A DNA stretch of 62,388 bases from a virus (taxonomy: Duplodnaviria > Caudoviricetes), in the IMG/VR virus record IMGVR_UViG_3300007734_000743, positions 1 to 62,388 of that record. One strand, given 5' to 3'. This document shows, in pieces, positions 26,692-36,622 of the stretch. The position numbers and the translations under genes were made by a program. The notes beneath the pieces are model-generated. The model saw only the letters and a list, made by a program, of their open reading frames with translations. It ran no database searches and was not told the DNA's origin. Numbering within the stretch: the stretch's first letter is position 1; every line of letters starts with the position of its first letter.

Positions 26692-26999
26692 TTTTCTTCA
26701 TCTGCATCTTCTAAATCTTCTTCATCCAAGTGAATAATGCTGTAAACTGGATTCATTAATTCGTTAATGTTTTCTATAGATTCAAAAATAATCTCTTGAT
26801 TAATTTCCAGTTTACCCACTTGGTTTTTTAAGTCTTTAAGATGCTCTGAAAAAGATTTAAACATCTCACACACAATCTCACCCAAATCTTGATTGTCGCC
26901 TTCGCCAGCAGCAAACTTTTTTCTTAATTCTTCTAATCTTTTAGATGTCATCGTTTCCTTTAGCTTCATCAGAGCCTGAATCAAAAGCTCCTTCATCAA
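26679..26999 (-). CDS. Hypothetical protein
   Basis: Operonic on the minus strand. Confidence 0.6.
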   Translation of the reverse strand: MMKELLIQALMKLKETMTSKRLEELRKKFAAGEGDNQDLGEIVCEMFKSFSEHLKDLKNQVGKLEINQEIIFESIENINELMNPVYSIIHLDEEDLEDADEENQEK

Positions 27000-27180
27000 T
27001 TATATCTCGCATATCTGTGAGCTTACTAGTAATTACGTCTAGCTTAGTGTTAATTTGTTGCTCCGGAGTTACTCTTTTTTTGGTGAGCATAAAATTATTC
27101 ATCGCTATTAAAGTTTTTTCAAGCGAATCTGCTTGTCTGTGTAATCCTATGCTATCTAAATAATCAATTTTTTCAAACAT
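26941..27180 (-). CDS. Small protein with LD..G....AD.L motif
   Basis: ATG at 27180 follows the upstream stop; MFEKIDYLDSIGLHRQADSLE. Confidence 0.65.
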   Translation of the reverse strand: MFEKIDYLDSIGLHRQADSLEKTLIAMNNFMLTKKRVTPEQQINTKLDVITSKLTDMRDIIDEGAFDSGSDEAKGNDDI

Positions 27181-27181
27181 T

Positions 27182-27361
27182 TTATCTTCTAAATCTAATT
27201 TGTGGGTATACTGCATCAGGCTTTGCTTCTTCAGTGTAAACAATCATTTCTATCAATTCGTTCAATTTTTGTAAAGCTTCTCTATTATCTGGCTCAATCA
27301 GTCCTCTTAATTCGTATATTTTATCAAGAACTATGTCTCTGTCAATTTTAGCTAAAGCCAT
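27182..27361 (-). CDS. 59-aa hypothetical protein missing from the ORF track (MALAKIDRDIVLDKIYELRGLIEPDNREALQKLNELIEMIVYTEEAKPDAVYPQIRFRR)
   Basis: Preceded by an AGGA-N17-GAAA-N8-ATG promoter; fills the gap between genes. Confidence 0.7.
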   Translation of the reverse strand: MALAKIDRDIVLDKIYELRGLIEPDNREALQKLNELIEMIVYTEEAKPDAVYPQIRFRR

Positions 27362-27379
27362 ACTCTATTTTTCTGTGAA

Positions 27380-27799
27380 ATGAACGATTTTCCTCTTAAC
27401 ACAATAATAAAATCTGAGCTTGGATGGACATGCAATACATTTGAGTTGGATAAAATTAATGCTGGAGGGCTGTTTTTGAGCTCACAAGCGTATGAGCAAA
27501 TCACTGTTCTTCCATTCACAGATTATTCTTACAGATTTTATAAAAGAACCAAAAAAATTGTAATCTCATCATCTGTTTTTGTTGATTACCAATTTTGTGC
27601 TTTAGATTTTCAATACCAAAACTGGAAATGCTTACTTTGTCGAAAGTTGAATAAAATATCTGACCCAATCTGCTTTTGTCAAACGTATAGTAATTGTTGG
27701 ACTCCCATTGATGGAATAATTTCAGGTGTTTCATTTTCAAATAATTTGGATTTTTCATATCATTTGAACGACGATGGTCTGTCTAACATAATCCTATGA
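27380..27799 (+). CDS. Hypothetical Cys-rich protein
   Basis: CLLC...CFC; overlaps the start of the sbcC N-half. Confidence 0.6.
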   Translation: MNDFPLNTIIKSELGWTCNTFELDKINAGGLFLSSQAYEQITVLPFTDYSYRFYKRTKKIVISSSVFVDYQFCALDFQYQNWKCLLCRKLNKISDPICFCQTYSNCWTPIDGIISGVSFSNNLDFSYHLNDDGLSNIIL

Positions 27800-28920
27800 A
27801 TAGATATATTAAAACGGTTACACTAGAAAACTTTCAAAGTTATAAAAACCAAACTGTGCATTTTGAGCCTGGTTTAAACCTGCTACTTGGCACTTCAGAT
27901 TCTGGCAAGTCTGCTATTTTGCGAGCTATTTCTTTTGTTCTTTATAATTATCCCAAAAAAGATACTCTTATTCATTGGGGTGAAACAGAAACAAAGGTTA
28001 CTGTAGAGTTTAGCGACGGAGTGAAAGTTACTAGAATTAAAGGAGCTGAGAGAAATGGTATTGAGGCATACGATGCTGATGGCAAGTTTATCCAAAAAGC
28101 TAAAATAGACAAAGAAATACCAGATGATATCAAAAAGCTTTTGGGCAATCCTCCTCAAGACGATTTTAATGGTTTGATTTCTTACGCAGACCAATTTTCG
28201 CCAATGTTTTTGGTAGATTTATCACCCACAGATTTACCTCGCTCGCTTTCAAATCTCACTGGCATTGAGTTACTTGAAGAATCTGCAAAGCAATTAATGA
28301 GCAATTACAAAGCATTGGATAAGCAAAACAAATCAGATGAAAAAGAATACACCAACCTACTCAATGAGTCTCAGCAGTACAGCTATGTAGAAACATACGA
28401 GCAAAAATTGAAACTCTTATCTGAAAAGCTAGCAGACATTGTTGTGTTAGAAGAAAAAATTTCTAAGATGGAAAACATCGTGAAAGATTTTGATTTTAAT
28501 GTTAATTTCGATTGTGTGGAAGATTATGATGAAATAATTTCAAACATTACACAATCTTTAGATAAAGTAAAAAGCATTCAATCTTTAATTGAAAAACACA
28601 ATAAGCTACAAGTGTTCAATTTGATTGAGCATAAAGAATTAAACGAAGAATCATCATTTTTGCTCGATAATTTTCTGAAAAAATTAGAAGACAAATTAAA
28701 ATGTTTTTCTACATATAGCAATCAAGTGGAAGATTACAAAAAATTAGAGCAGATTAACATCAGTTTGGCAAGCATAAAGCAAAAGGGTGAAATACTTACA
28801 AATGAGTACCAAGACATGAAAAATAAACTTAACGAAGCAGAAACTGAATATAATGAATACAAAGAGTTTCTCATAAAAGAGAAAATACAATGCGAATCCT
28901 GTGGGAGTGTGTTGCAGTGA
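27796..28920 (+). CDS. sbcC: SbcC/Rad50 N-terminal half (Walker A, coiled coil, Zn-hook)
   Basis: LENFQSY, GTSDSGKS, Q-loop ADQF, ends in CESCG. Confidence 0.88.
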   Translation: MNRYIKTVTLENFQSYKNQTVHFEPGLNLLLGTSDSGKSAILRAISFVLYNYPKKDTLIHWGETETKVTVEFSDGVKVTRIKGAERNGIEAYDADGKFIQKAKIDKEIPDDIKKLLGNPPQDDFNGLISYADQFSPMFLVDLSPTDLPRSLSNLTGIELLEESAKQLMSNYKALDKQNKSDEKEYTNLLNESQQYSYVETYEQKLKLLSEKLADIVVLEEKISKMENIVKDFDFNVNFDCVEDYDEIISNITQSLDKVKSIQSLIEKHNKLQVFNLIEHKELNEESSFLLDNFLKKLEDKLKCFSTYSNQVEDYKKLEQINISLASIKQKGEILTNEYQDMKNKLNEAETEYNEYKEFLIKEKIQCESCGSVLQ

Positions 28921-29873
28921 TAAAAAGGTTTTTAGTAGTAGGAGATAATCATTTGGATTCAAAATCTCCCTCTTCACGCTTAGACAATTACATGGAAGCT
29001 GGCTTGATGGAGCTTAAAGAAACTCTTAAAATAGCTAAAGCAACAAATTGTGATTACTATATTTTACTTGGTGATTTATTTCATCGTATTGATGTGGGCG
29101 GAGAATGTAGAAACCGAGCGATTGAAATCTTAGCTTCAGATGAAGGTGAGCCGTGGCCATTTGAAAAGTATTTAATTATTGGCAATCATGACATAGCTCA
29201 TGACCCTGAAAAAATGATTAAATCTCCAGCACAATCTTTAGTTTCAGCAGGTATACTCAAGTGTGTGGATGCAATTCCTGGCTTAATCAGGTTTAAACAT
29301 TTCACTCCAACTTTGGACCAAGAGCTAAGAGATGGTGTTCTTGAAACGCACGATGAAAAAATCATTTGCTTACACGCATCTATCACCGACAAGCCTTTAA
29401 TTTTTGACCATGTATTGTTTGAAGATTTGAAAGTGAATCCAAAAACTAAACTTCTGTTTTCTGGTCATATTCATAGAAAAATGGAGGCTGAAAAAGATGG
29501 TGTTAAGTTTTTCAATCCAGGCTCGGTAGGCAGACCAGAAGTTTCATCAGATTTTGAAAAGAATAAAGTTAGTGTATTGTTGTGTCAATTTAATTTTGAT
29601 ACTGATGACTATAAAACAAAAACTGTTGAGCTAAAATATTCTTTGCCTTATGATGTTATTTTTGATTTAGATGCAAATAAGAAGAAGAAAATTGAGAATA
29701 AAAATACAGAACTATTCATTGATGAAATTACAAACGTTTCGATGGAAAGTGAAATTTCTTCTGACATCATTGAAGATTTAATTTTATTTGCAAAGAAAGG
29801 AAATATTTCAAAAGATGTGTCAGAAATGGCCGTACAAACAGTAAATATTATTAAAGCAGGAGGAGAATTATGA
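28917..29873 (+). CDS. sbcD: SbcD/Mre11 nuclease
   Basis: GDNHL, LGDLFH, GNHD, SGHIH, NPGS. Confidence 0.92.
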   Translation: MIKRFLVVGDNHLDSKSPSSRLDNYMEAGLMELKETLKIAKATNCDYYILLGDLFHRIDVGGECRNRAIEILASDEGEPWPFEKYLIIGNHDIAHDPEKMIKSPAQSLVSAGILKCVDAIPGLIRFKHFTPTLDQELRDGVLETHDEKIICLHASITDKPLIFDHVLFEDLKVNPKTKLLFSGHIHRKMEAEKDGVKFFNPGSVGRPEVSSDFEKNKVSVLLCQFNFDTDDYKTKTVELKYSLPYDVIFDLDANKKKKIENKNTELFIDEITNVSMESEISSDIIEDLILFAKKGNISKDVSEMAVQTVNIIKAGGEL

Positions 29874-30133
29874 ATTACGCAGACAAATTAAAACAAAAAG
29901 AAACAACACTTTTGAATCTCAAAGCACAGGCTATGGCTAAAAAACAATCTATTCTTGACATGATTGAAAAGAAAAAGAAAGCAGAAACTGAAGTGCAAAA
30001 TCAACTTGGTATTTCTTTATCAGAAGTGCCAGAAACTTTGAAACAATGTAAAGAAAAGTTAGATAAATTATGTGAAGAGCTGAATGAGGAGGTAGAAGAA
30101 ATTGAGCGTGAGTTCGCAAAAATTAAGTGCTAA
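29870..30133 (+). CDS. Coiled-coil protein (possible middle piece of SbcC)
   Basis: All-helical heptads; GGAGGAG ribosome-binding site. Confidence 0.65.
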   Translation: MNYADKLKQKETTLLNLKAQAMAKKQSILDMIEKKKKAETEVQNQLGISLSEVPETLKQCKEKLDKLCEELNEEVEEIEREFAKIKC

Positions 30134-30785
30134 AATAAATAAACTTTCTATTCAGTTGGCTACAGCTAAGGGAGTAAAAGAGCGTATTGATGAGCAATGT
30201 GAGAATATAAAGACTAAAATTGACAACAATACTAAAGACATCAAAATTAAAAAAGATGCTCATTTGCTTTTGCTTGGTTTTATTTCACAAAGGCGTGATG
30301 CTGCAATCAAGTCTATTGAAAACATCGGAACATACGCCTTGAGAGCAATTTATAACGATGACCGAAAACTTGTATTTCTTAAGAATGAAGAAAAGAAAAA
30401 CAGTGCCGCTTTCAAAATGGAAGTGGGAATTGAGTCTATGCTCAATGATGAAAAAATGGTAACAGGCTTAAAAGATGAGCGAGGAGGTGGTGTACTAGAA
30501 ACTGCATCATTTGCTCTTAGAATTGCGGCTTTAGAATGGCTAGACTACAAGGGACCATTGATGTTAGATGAAGCATATAAATCAGTTTCATCTGATTCTA
30601 AAATAGAAAATGTAGCTCAGTTTTTGCGTAAATATGTTGATAACTCTAAAAGGCAAGTATTTTTTGCCACACACAAGGCGGACGTTTTTGGGGAGTATGC
30701 CGACCATTTGATACATGTTACTCAAGAAAATGGAATATCAAAAGCGGATAAAGTAAAATGGACAGACATTTCGAACAAGCTTTAA
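30102..30785 (+). CDS. SbcC/Rad50 C-terminal half (signature, Walker B, H-loop)
   Basis: RGGG...SFALRIA, LMLDEAY, FFATH. Confidence 0.85.
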   Translation: MSVSSQKLSAKINKLSIQLATAKGVKERIDEQCENIKTKIDNNTKDIKIKKDAHLLLLGFISQRRDAAIKSIENIGTYALRAIYNDDRKLVFLKNEEKKNSAAFKMEVGIESMLNDEKMVTGLKDERGGGVLETASFALRIAALEWLDYKGPLMLDEAYKSVSSDSKIENVAQFLRKYVDNSKRQVFFATHKADVFGEYADHLIHVTQENGISKADKVKWTDISNKL

Positions 30786-31441
30786 CTGTACTGCTTAACC
30801 ACTGGTATGAAAATCTTTCACCAGTGGATGAGCAGGAAAAAGTGGTGTATGAGTTTAGTAAAAATAAGTTTAGAAACAAATACTTGGCTAAAACTGGCGA
30901 ATTTTTGAAAATTACTAAAAGACTCGAAACAATTCAATTTAACAAAATCTGTGCTGGATTATCTAAAAATTATCCTGTGGATGAAAGCTTAATAGATGAA
31001 TATCTTGAATGGTGTTTTGATAATTACGATTTCTTTATGAAAAAATATAAGTCTTTCAGTTTAAACTCTTGTGCTAATTTTGCAAGTGATTGGACTAAAG
31101 ATTTTCTCAAATTTGATTTCAATAATAAAATTACCTTGCATGACTTAAAAGATATAGAAGTGCATAAAAGTATGTTTTCATATTTTGAGCAATATGGAAT
31201 AGCCTTGGTAGCCACAAAACTCCAAGAAGAAAAACAATTTGATAAAGACTTTTTATGCAATTTAATAACACAAAAACTCAAAGAGTTAACTAATACTAAA
31301 GAGGGTTTGTCAAAATTAAAAAATATGTTGCGAATTACAGTAGAAAATGCTCCTTATTCTCCTGAAATATTATTTAGTGATTACAAATCATCTCTTTCTG
31401 ATTTATTTGTTTATTTTGGAAATGAGCCTTGGTGTAAATAA
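30758..31441 (+). CDS. Hypothetical protein
   Basis: Operonic. Confidence 0.7.
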   Translation: MDRHFEQALTVLLNHWYENLSPVDEQEKVVYEFSKNKFRNKYLAKTGEFLKITKRLETIQFNKICAGLSKNYPVDESLIDEYLEWCFDNYDFFMKKYKSFSLNSCANFASDWTKDFLKFDFNNKITLHDLKDIEVHKSMFSYFEQYGIALVATKLQEEKQFDKDFLCNLITQKLKELTNTKEGLSKLKNMLRITVENAPYSPEILFSDYKSSLSDLFVYFGNEPWCK

Positions 31442-33045
31442 TGTTAAAATCAGAAGAATATAAAAAAGAATTAGAAAATCAAATTAAATCAAATAGGTCT
31501 TTGATTTACATTACCACTCATGAAGAGCACAGATTAAACGATGCAATACAATCTATCGCTTGCGAGCGTTCCAAACCTTGGTCATTTGTCTTTTGGGATA
31601 TTGCTTCTGGAGGTTTATCAAACAGTGAAACTTTCAAACTTAAACCCAATCTAGACCAAACTGAGATTTTGTCTTGGTTTAACGAGCTTATTATTGAAAA
31701 AGACGATTTCTGCATTTTAGTTCTTCACGATTTTTATAAGTTTTTAGCACCTGATGGACACCCTGGGCAAATTGAAATTGCTACAATAAGAGCTTTAAAA
31801 AACTTAATAGAAAAATGCAACACAGAAAGGAAATGTGTAATTCTTACTGGAGCAAAATATTTCTTGCCAATTGAGTTTGAGAAACTTGTTTGTTTAATTG
31901 ATTGGCCGTTGCCAGAAAAAGAGCTAATTTATGAAAAGGTAAACAATTTAATAGCGATTACCAAAAAGAAACATGAGCTAAGAAATTTTAGAACTAATTA
32001 TGAAGAATCAGAATTAGAAAAAATTACTAGAGCATTTCAAGGCCTGTCATTGAGAGAAATTGAAATGATATGCACTTATTTCATCCTAACTGAAAAAGAG
32101 TTTTGCCCACAAAAAATTGCTTCTAAAAAACAAGACATCATTAAGCAATCTGGAATTCTTGAATGGATTGAGCTTGAGTTTGATTTGAACAAAGTGGGCG
32201 GTTTAGATAATCTAAAAAACTGGCTAAACAAAAGAAAAGATGCATTTTCTGAAAATGCAAAGAATTATGGTTTGCCCGAAAATCCCAAGGGTTTAATGAT
32301 TATAGGAATCCAAGGAGCTGGTAAATCAAGAATTTCTAAAGCTATAGCTTCGTTTTGGTCCCTTCCTTTATTAAGACTTGACATAGGTCGTGTATTTTCT
32401 GGAATTGTTGGTAGCTCTGAGGAAAATTTAAGGTCTGTGATTAAAACAGCAGAATCTGTTGCTCCTTGCATTATGTGGTGTGATGAAATTGATAAAGCTT
32501 TTTCAGGTGTAAGTGGGGCCACTGATTCAGGCACATCTTCAAGAATATTTGGAACATTTCTTACTTGGATGCAAGAGAAAAAAGCTCCCGTTTTTGTTGT
32601 TGCCACCGCCAATGTTGTGGCTAATTTACCGCCTGAATTAATAAGAAAGGGTAGATTTGATGACATCTTTTTTGTTGATTTGCCAGACAACGAAGAAAGA
32701 GAACAAATTTGGACAATTCACTTAGAGCAAAGAAACTTTAAGATAAGTGATTTCGATTTGAAAAAATTGATTTCTCACTCTGAGGGATTTACTGGAGCTG
32801 AGATTGAGGCGGCGATTATTTCTGCCATGTATGAGGGCTTTTCTGACAACGAAAGGTCAATAACAACCGTAGATATTATTAAGGAATTAAAAGAATCAGT
32901 TCCAATTTATATCACAATGAAAGAAAAAATCGAGGAATTACGAGAATGGGCTAGTAAACGTGCTAGAAACGCCTCGAAATCTAAACATGCTGTTGTAGTT
33001 AGAGAAAAATTGGCTATTCCTGTTTCCGAGGATGAAGAATTATGA
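31441..33045 (+). CDS. AAA+ ATPase (Ycf46-like)
   Basis: VGGLDNLK.WL, GIQGAGKS, WCDEIDK, ATAN...LPPELIRKGRFD. Confidence 0.9.
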   Translation: MLKSEEYKKELENQIKSNRSLIYITTHEEHRLNDAIQSIACERSKPWSFVFWDIASGGLSNSETFKLKPNLDQTEILSWFNELIIEKDDFCILVLHDFYKFLAPDGHPGQIEIATIRALKNLIEKCNTERKCVILTGAKYFLPIEFEKLVCLIDWPLPEKELIYEKVNNLIAITKKKHELRNFRTNYEESELEKITRAFQGLSLREIEMICTYFILTEKEFCPQKIASKKQDIIKQSGILEWIELEFDLNKVGGLDNLKNWLNKRKDAFSENAKNYGLPENPKGLMIIGIQGAGKSRISKAIASFWSLPLLRLDIGRVFSGIVGSSEENLRSVIKTAESVAPCIMWCDEIDKAFSGVSGATDSGTSSRIFGTFLTWMQEKKAPVFVVATANVVANLPPELIRKGRFDDIFFVDLPDNEEREQIWTIHLEQRNFKISDFDLKKLISHSEGFTGAEIEAAIISAMYEGFSDNERSITTVDIIKELKESVPIYITMKEKIEELREWASKRARNASKSKHAVVVREKLAIPVSEDEEL

Positions 33046-33758
33046 TTTCCACACAGATGTTTAATCAACCAGATTTAATAAAATTAGATTTAAAAAGCAA
33101 ACTTTCTAATCTTTATTCACAAGCTGGCATTCCAGTTAATTATCATTTCAAAACTTTGGAAACAGATTGGTCAAGAAGTTTTTCTCCTAATGGAACGCTT
33201 ACAGGGATTGCCAAAAAAAGGTCAGAGGATGTATTTAGCTTCGTAAAAGGCTATATAGCTTCACTTGATAACATAGTAGCTGGCGAGGGGCTAAAAGTTA
33301 AATTGAAAACCTCAGTTAGAATGATTACCGATTTAATTCTTGATGGAAGTAAGTCATCTGGCAAAACGCTTTTGCTTTCTGTTATCGCTCAAGAAGCAAT
33401 AAATCGTGGACACTCAGTTAAATATGTTGAATGGGCTGAGTATTGTGACAGATTTATGTCTTTTGAATCCAGAGGAGCAAATGAAGATTTTTTTAATGAT
33501 TGCCTGTATTGTGATTTCTTAATTTTTGATAATTTGTATCAATATGATATTTCTAATAATAAGTTTTTCATCGTTCAATTGGACCGTTTAATTTCCACAA
33601 GATTAAATAAAGGCAAAACTACTCTTTGTTCAATTGATACAATCAACAATCAAAATCCAGCATTTGGATTCATCTGGAATAAGTTTTCGAGAGAAACCTT
33701 CACTTTTAAATTACCTGAGGCAAGTATAAAAAATGAAAATAAGTCAAAGAGACCTTGA
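33042..33758 (+). CDS. DnaC/IstB-like helicase-loader ATPase
   Basis: AGIP..Y, GSKSSGKT, FLIFDNL, LISTR. Confidence 0.7.
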   Translation: MISTQMFNQPDLIKLDLKSKLSNLYSQAGIPVNYHFKTLETDWSRSFSPNGTLTGIAKKRSEDVFSFVKGYIASLDNIVAGEGLKVKLKTSVRMITDLILDGSKSSGKTLLLSVIAQEAINRGHSVKYVEWAEYCDRFMSFESRGANEDFFNDCLYCDFLIFDNLYQYDISNNKFFIVQLDRLISTRLNKGKTTLCSIDTINNQNPAFGFIWNKFSRETFTFKLPEASIKNENKSKRP

Positions 33759-35229
33759 ATTTAAAGTTTTAAAATGTATCACCACTTACGATACAGCATT
33801 AGATATGGCCACTGAAAAGTCGCTGAAAGAATATTATTTCTTATCAAAAGAACCTGGGATTGAAGTATCTCTCACTGGTAAAATCTTTAAACTCTGTGAA
33901 GAGTATTATAAAGATTCTGGAGGATATAAACTTACAGAAACTGTTTTAGAAAGTCTTTTGTTAAAAAAGAATGTGAAATCGGCAGCTCAAGGAAAAATCT
34001 TAACAACCTGGTATGATTTACGAGAAGAAGAAGTAGAGCTGGATGATTTACCGCATCTTATTGATTTGATGAAAGACAGATATGTAGTTACATTGCAGTC
34101 TGAGTGTATTGATAAAGTGGCAGACTTGGTTAACAAAGACCAGGTGAGTGAATCAATTACACTTATTTCAGATTATGTGAGTGTAATGCATGAAGTAAAA
34201 GACGATTTTCAAAAAGACAAAGTTGCTTTTGATATGTCAGAGTCTGCTAACTTTTTCTTTGAAGAGTATGACATAAGGTCAATGAATCCAGATTTATATA
34301 AGGGAGTGGATTGTGGTTTGTCACATATCGACCTTAAAACTTTTGGTTTTATGCCGTCACAACTTGTTGTACTTCTAGCACCCTCATCAGGTGGAAAATC
34401 AGTTCAGCTTCTTAACTGGGCAGACCATGCCCACAGGGTCTGCAAGAAAAACATTGTTTATTTTTCTTTTGAAATGTCATCTTGGCTTTGTAAGCTAAGG
34501 CATGCATCTCTTATAAGTGAGGTGGATTACAGCAAATTAAAGGGAATGAGTATTTCAGCAAGTGAAAGAGACCAAGTAGAAAAATCTCTCAAAGCTGTTA
34601 ACAATGGCAAATACTTCGAATATGTTGAGGCTATTGAAGACCCTACCCCTGAGTTTGTTGAGCAAAAAATCAAAGAGCTTACTTTAGCTAAGTGCAAACC
34701 AGATTTGGTGGTTGTTGATTACGTAGGTAACATGACCACTCGTTCAACTAGCAAAAATGCTAAGCATTGGGAAAAAAATGGTGATGCGGCTGAAGGTCTA
34801 TTTAAATTAGCAAAAAGATTTGGAATTCCAATTCTTACAGCTCAACAAGTTAACAGAGACGCAATAAAAGAAAACAGAAAACGAAAAGAAGATGGAAAGG
34901 CTGCCGCTTATTATCAAGATGCTGCTTCAGGTGACCAAAGATTAATGCACCTCGCCACTTATGTTATTGGTATGGAGCCAAACAAAGATGAACAACTGTG
35001 CTGGTATCATCCAGTAAAAATGAGAGATGCTTGGTTTGCTCCTTTTGCTGCACGTTGGGTTCCAGAGTACAATAAAGTAGTGGAAATGACAGATTCGCAA
35101 CAATCTGCTTTGGAATTTATTAAGTCTGCTGATATAAATAGTTTTGTTGATGAAAAGAAGAAACCTATAAAGAATAGTGTAGAGACACAAGTAGACTTGT
35201 CGGGGTGGGCGGACGAAATTGATTTCTGA
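33733..35229 (+). CDS. dnaB: Replicative helicase, DnaB family
   Basis: APSSGGKS, FSFEMS, VVVDYV, TAQQVNR. Confidence 0.88.
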   Translation: MKISQRDLEFKVLKCITTYDTALDMATEKSLKEYYFLSKEPGIEVSLTGKIFKLCEEYYKDSGGYKLTETVLESLLLKKNVKSAAQGKILTTWYDLREEEVELDDLPHLIDLMKDRYVVTLQSECIDKVADLVNKDQVSESITLISDYVSVMHEVKDDFQKDKVAFDMSESANFFFEEYDIRSMNPDLYKGVDCGLSHIDLKTFGFMPSQLVVLLAPSSGGKSVQLLNWADHAHRVCKKNIVYFSFEMSSWLCKLRHASLISEVDYSKLKGMSISASERDQVEKSLKAVNNGKYFEYVEAIEDPTPEFVEQKIKELTLAKCKPDLVVVDYVGNMTTRSTSKNAKHWEKNGDAAEGLFKLAKRFGIPILTAQQVNRDAIKENRKRKEDGKAAAYYQDAASGDQRLMHLATYVIGMEPNKDEQLCWYHPVKMRDAWFAPFAARWVPEYNKVVEMTDSQQSALEFIKSADINSFVDEKKKPIKNSVETQVDLSGWADEIDF

Positions 35230-35740
35230 TTTTAATGAAATTAATTTGAAATTTCATGCCGACAAATGGCTTGAAGAAAATTATGGTTGCGAGTTTTATC
35301 ACGGCAATAATGGTTTTTTGAACTCGTCTTGCCCCTTTGATGACCACACTGATACGAGTCCTTCTTTTGGCGTAAATCTTGAGAAAGGTTTTTTTAAATG
35401 TTTTGGTTGCGGAAGAGAAGGTTCTTTAATAAAGCTAGTGTGCTTGATTTTAGACGTAAACTTTTTTCAAGCTGTCAACACAATCGCAGTGTATGAAAAT
35501 CTTAATCTTGAAAACTTAGACACAATCGCAGTAAAAAGTGAAAAGTTCAAAAAAGCTATCACTGAAAAAGATTCAGATTTTTTAAAAGAAAAAAGATTAT
35601 TGAGAAAGCTAACAATCAAAATTAAAAAAATAATGCTTAAAGATTTTGAAAAGGCAGATGGAATGTTCTGTCAATTAGATAACTATATAAAAGAGAATGA
35701 TTTTAATTCAATCAAGGAGATGTTAAATGGAATTACATGA
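35219..35740 (+). CDS. Stand-alone CHC2 zinc-finger (primase Zn-binding domain) protein
   Basis: CPFDDH.D.SPSF...FKCFGCG. Confidence 0.85.
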   Translation: MISDFNEINLKFHADKWLEENYGCEFYHGNNGFLNSSCPFDDHTDTSPSFGVNLEKGFFKCFGCGREGSLIKLVCLILDVNFFQAVNTIAVYENLNLENLDTIAVKSEKFKKAITEKDSDFLKEKRLLRKLTIKIKKIMLKDFEKADGMFCQLDNYIKENDFNSIKEMLNGIT

Positions 35741-36017
35741 TGCTTTAGGAAAAAAAATAATTGACGCGGCCACCTTAGAAAAGATTCAAGAAAGAGTAAA
35801 AGCTCTTACTGAAAATCCACCTAATCTTATTTGCGTGAATGTGGTTTTAAATGGCACTGCGGCACTAAAACATATGATTTGCCGAGAAATAATCATGAAT
35901 GCCGCAGATGTTTCAGAGCAAGATGCTGATTGGTATATTTTGAGAGCTGGAGCTGAGCGAGAGCTTTTGAGACTTGCCACTGTTTCAGTGGAGGTTCCAA
36001 AAACAGATGAAAATTAA
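35727..36017 (+). CDS. Hypothetical protein
   Basis: AAGGAG ribosome-binding site; operonic. Confidence 0.7.
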   Translation: MELHDALGKKIIDAATLEKIQERVKALTENPPNLICVNVVLNGTAALKHMICREIIMNAADVSEQDADWYILRAGAERELLRLATVSVEVPKTDEN

Positions 36018-36621
36018 TGCTGAAATGGCAAAGTATGCATTAAAACACAATCTTCATGTTGAGCTTTTTATTTGGTGTTACTTGAAATCTGTCAACGATA
36101 GCGGATTCCACACCATTAATGATTTTAAAAAATGCAAAATAAATTTTTCTTCAATAAAAAGAAAACTCAAATCTAATTTATTTTTTTCTGTGGCAAATAA
36201 CAAGATTTTTTTAAAAAGTATTAAAAAGATGGAATTAAATCTTGGCAAAAGGACATTTATTTGCGAAATTGATGAGTTGAATAAGTTTGCTAGAAAAGTG
36301 GCTCATGGCTCAGGCAATTTAATAAAAGGCTGGAATAGCACTACAATTAAATATCTCATGATTTGTGTAGTGGCTTGTCAATATTCGGGTGAAAAACCTT
36401 ATGCCCTAAAATTAATTGCTCAAGATACAGGATGTAGCATAACAATTATTCAAAGAGCTTTGAAAAATCTTTTTGTAGAAAGATGGTTCACTGAGCAAAT
36501 GAAAGAAAGCGGAAGGTCATATTACAGTGGGAAAAAACTTCTTAACTTTTCACCAAATTATTATAAACTCAATATTGGTTCTTATTTTGTGAAACAATCA
36601 TTTTCCGCACGTATAAATTAG
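35974..36621 (+). CDS. Basic hypothetical protein, possible HTH (IAQDTGCSITIIQRALK)
   Basis: HTH-like segment; start likely ATG 36007. Confidence 0.55.
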   Translation: MPLFQWRFQKQMKINAEMAKYALKHNLHVELFIWCYLKSVNDSGFHTINDFKKCKINFSSIKRKLKSNLFFSVANNKIFLKSIKKMELNLGKRTFICEIDELNKFARKVAHGSGNLIKGWNSTTIKYLMICVVACQYSGEKPYALKLIAQDTGCSITIIQRALKNLFVERWFTEQMKESGRSYYSGKKLLNFSPNYYKLNIGSYFVKQSFSARIN

Positions 36622-36622
36622 T

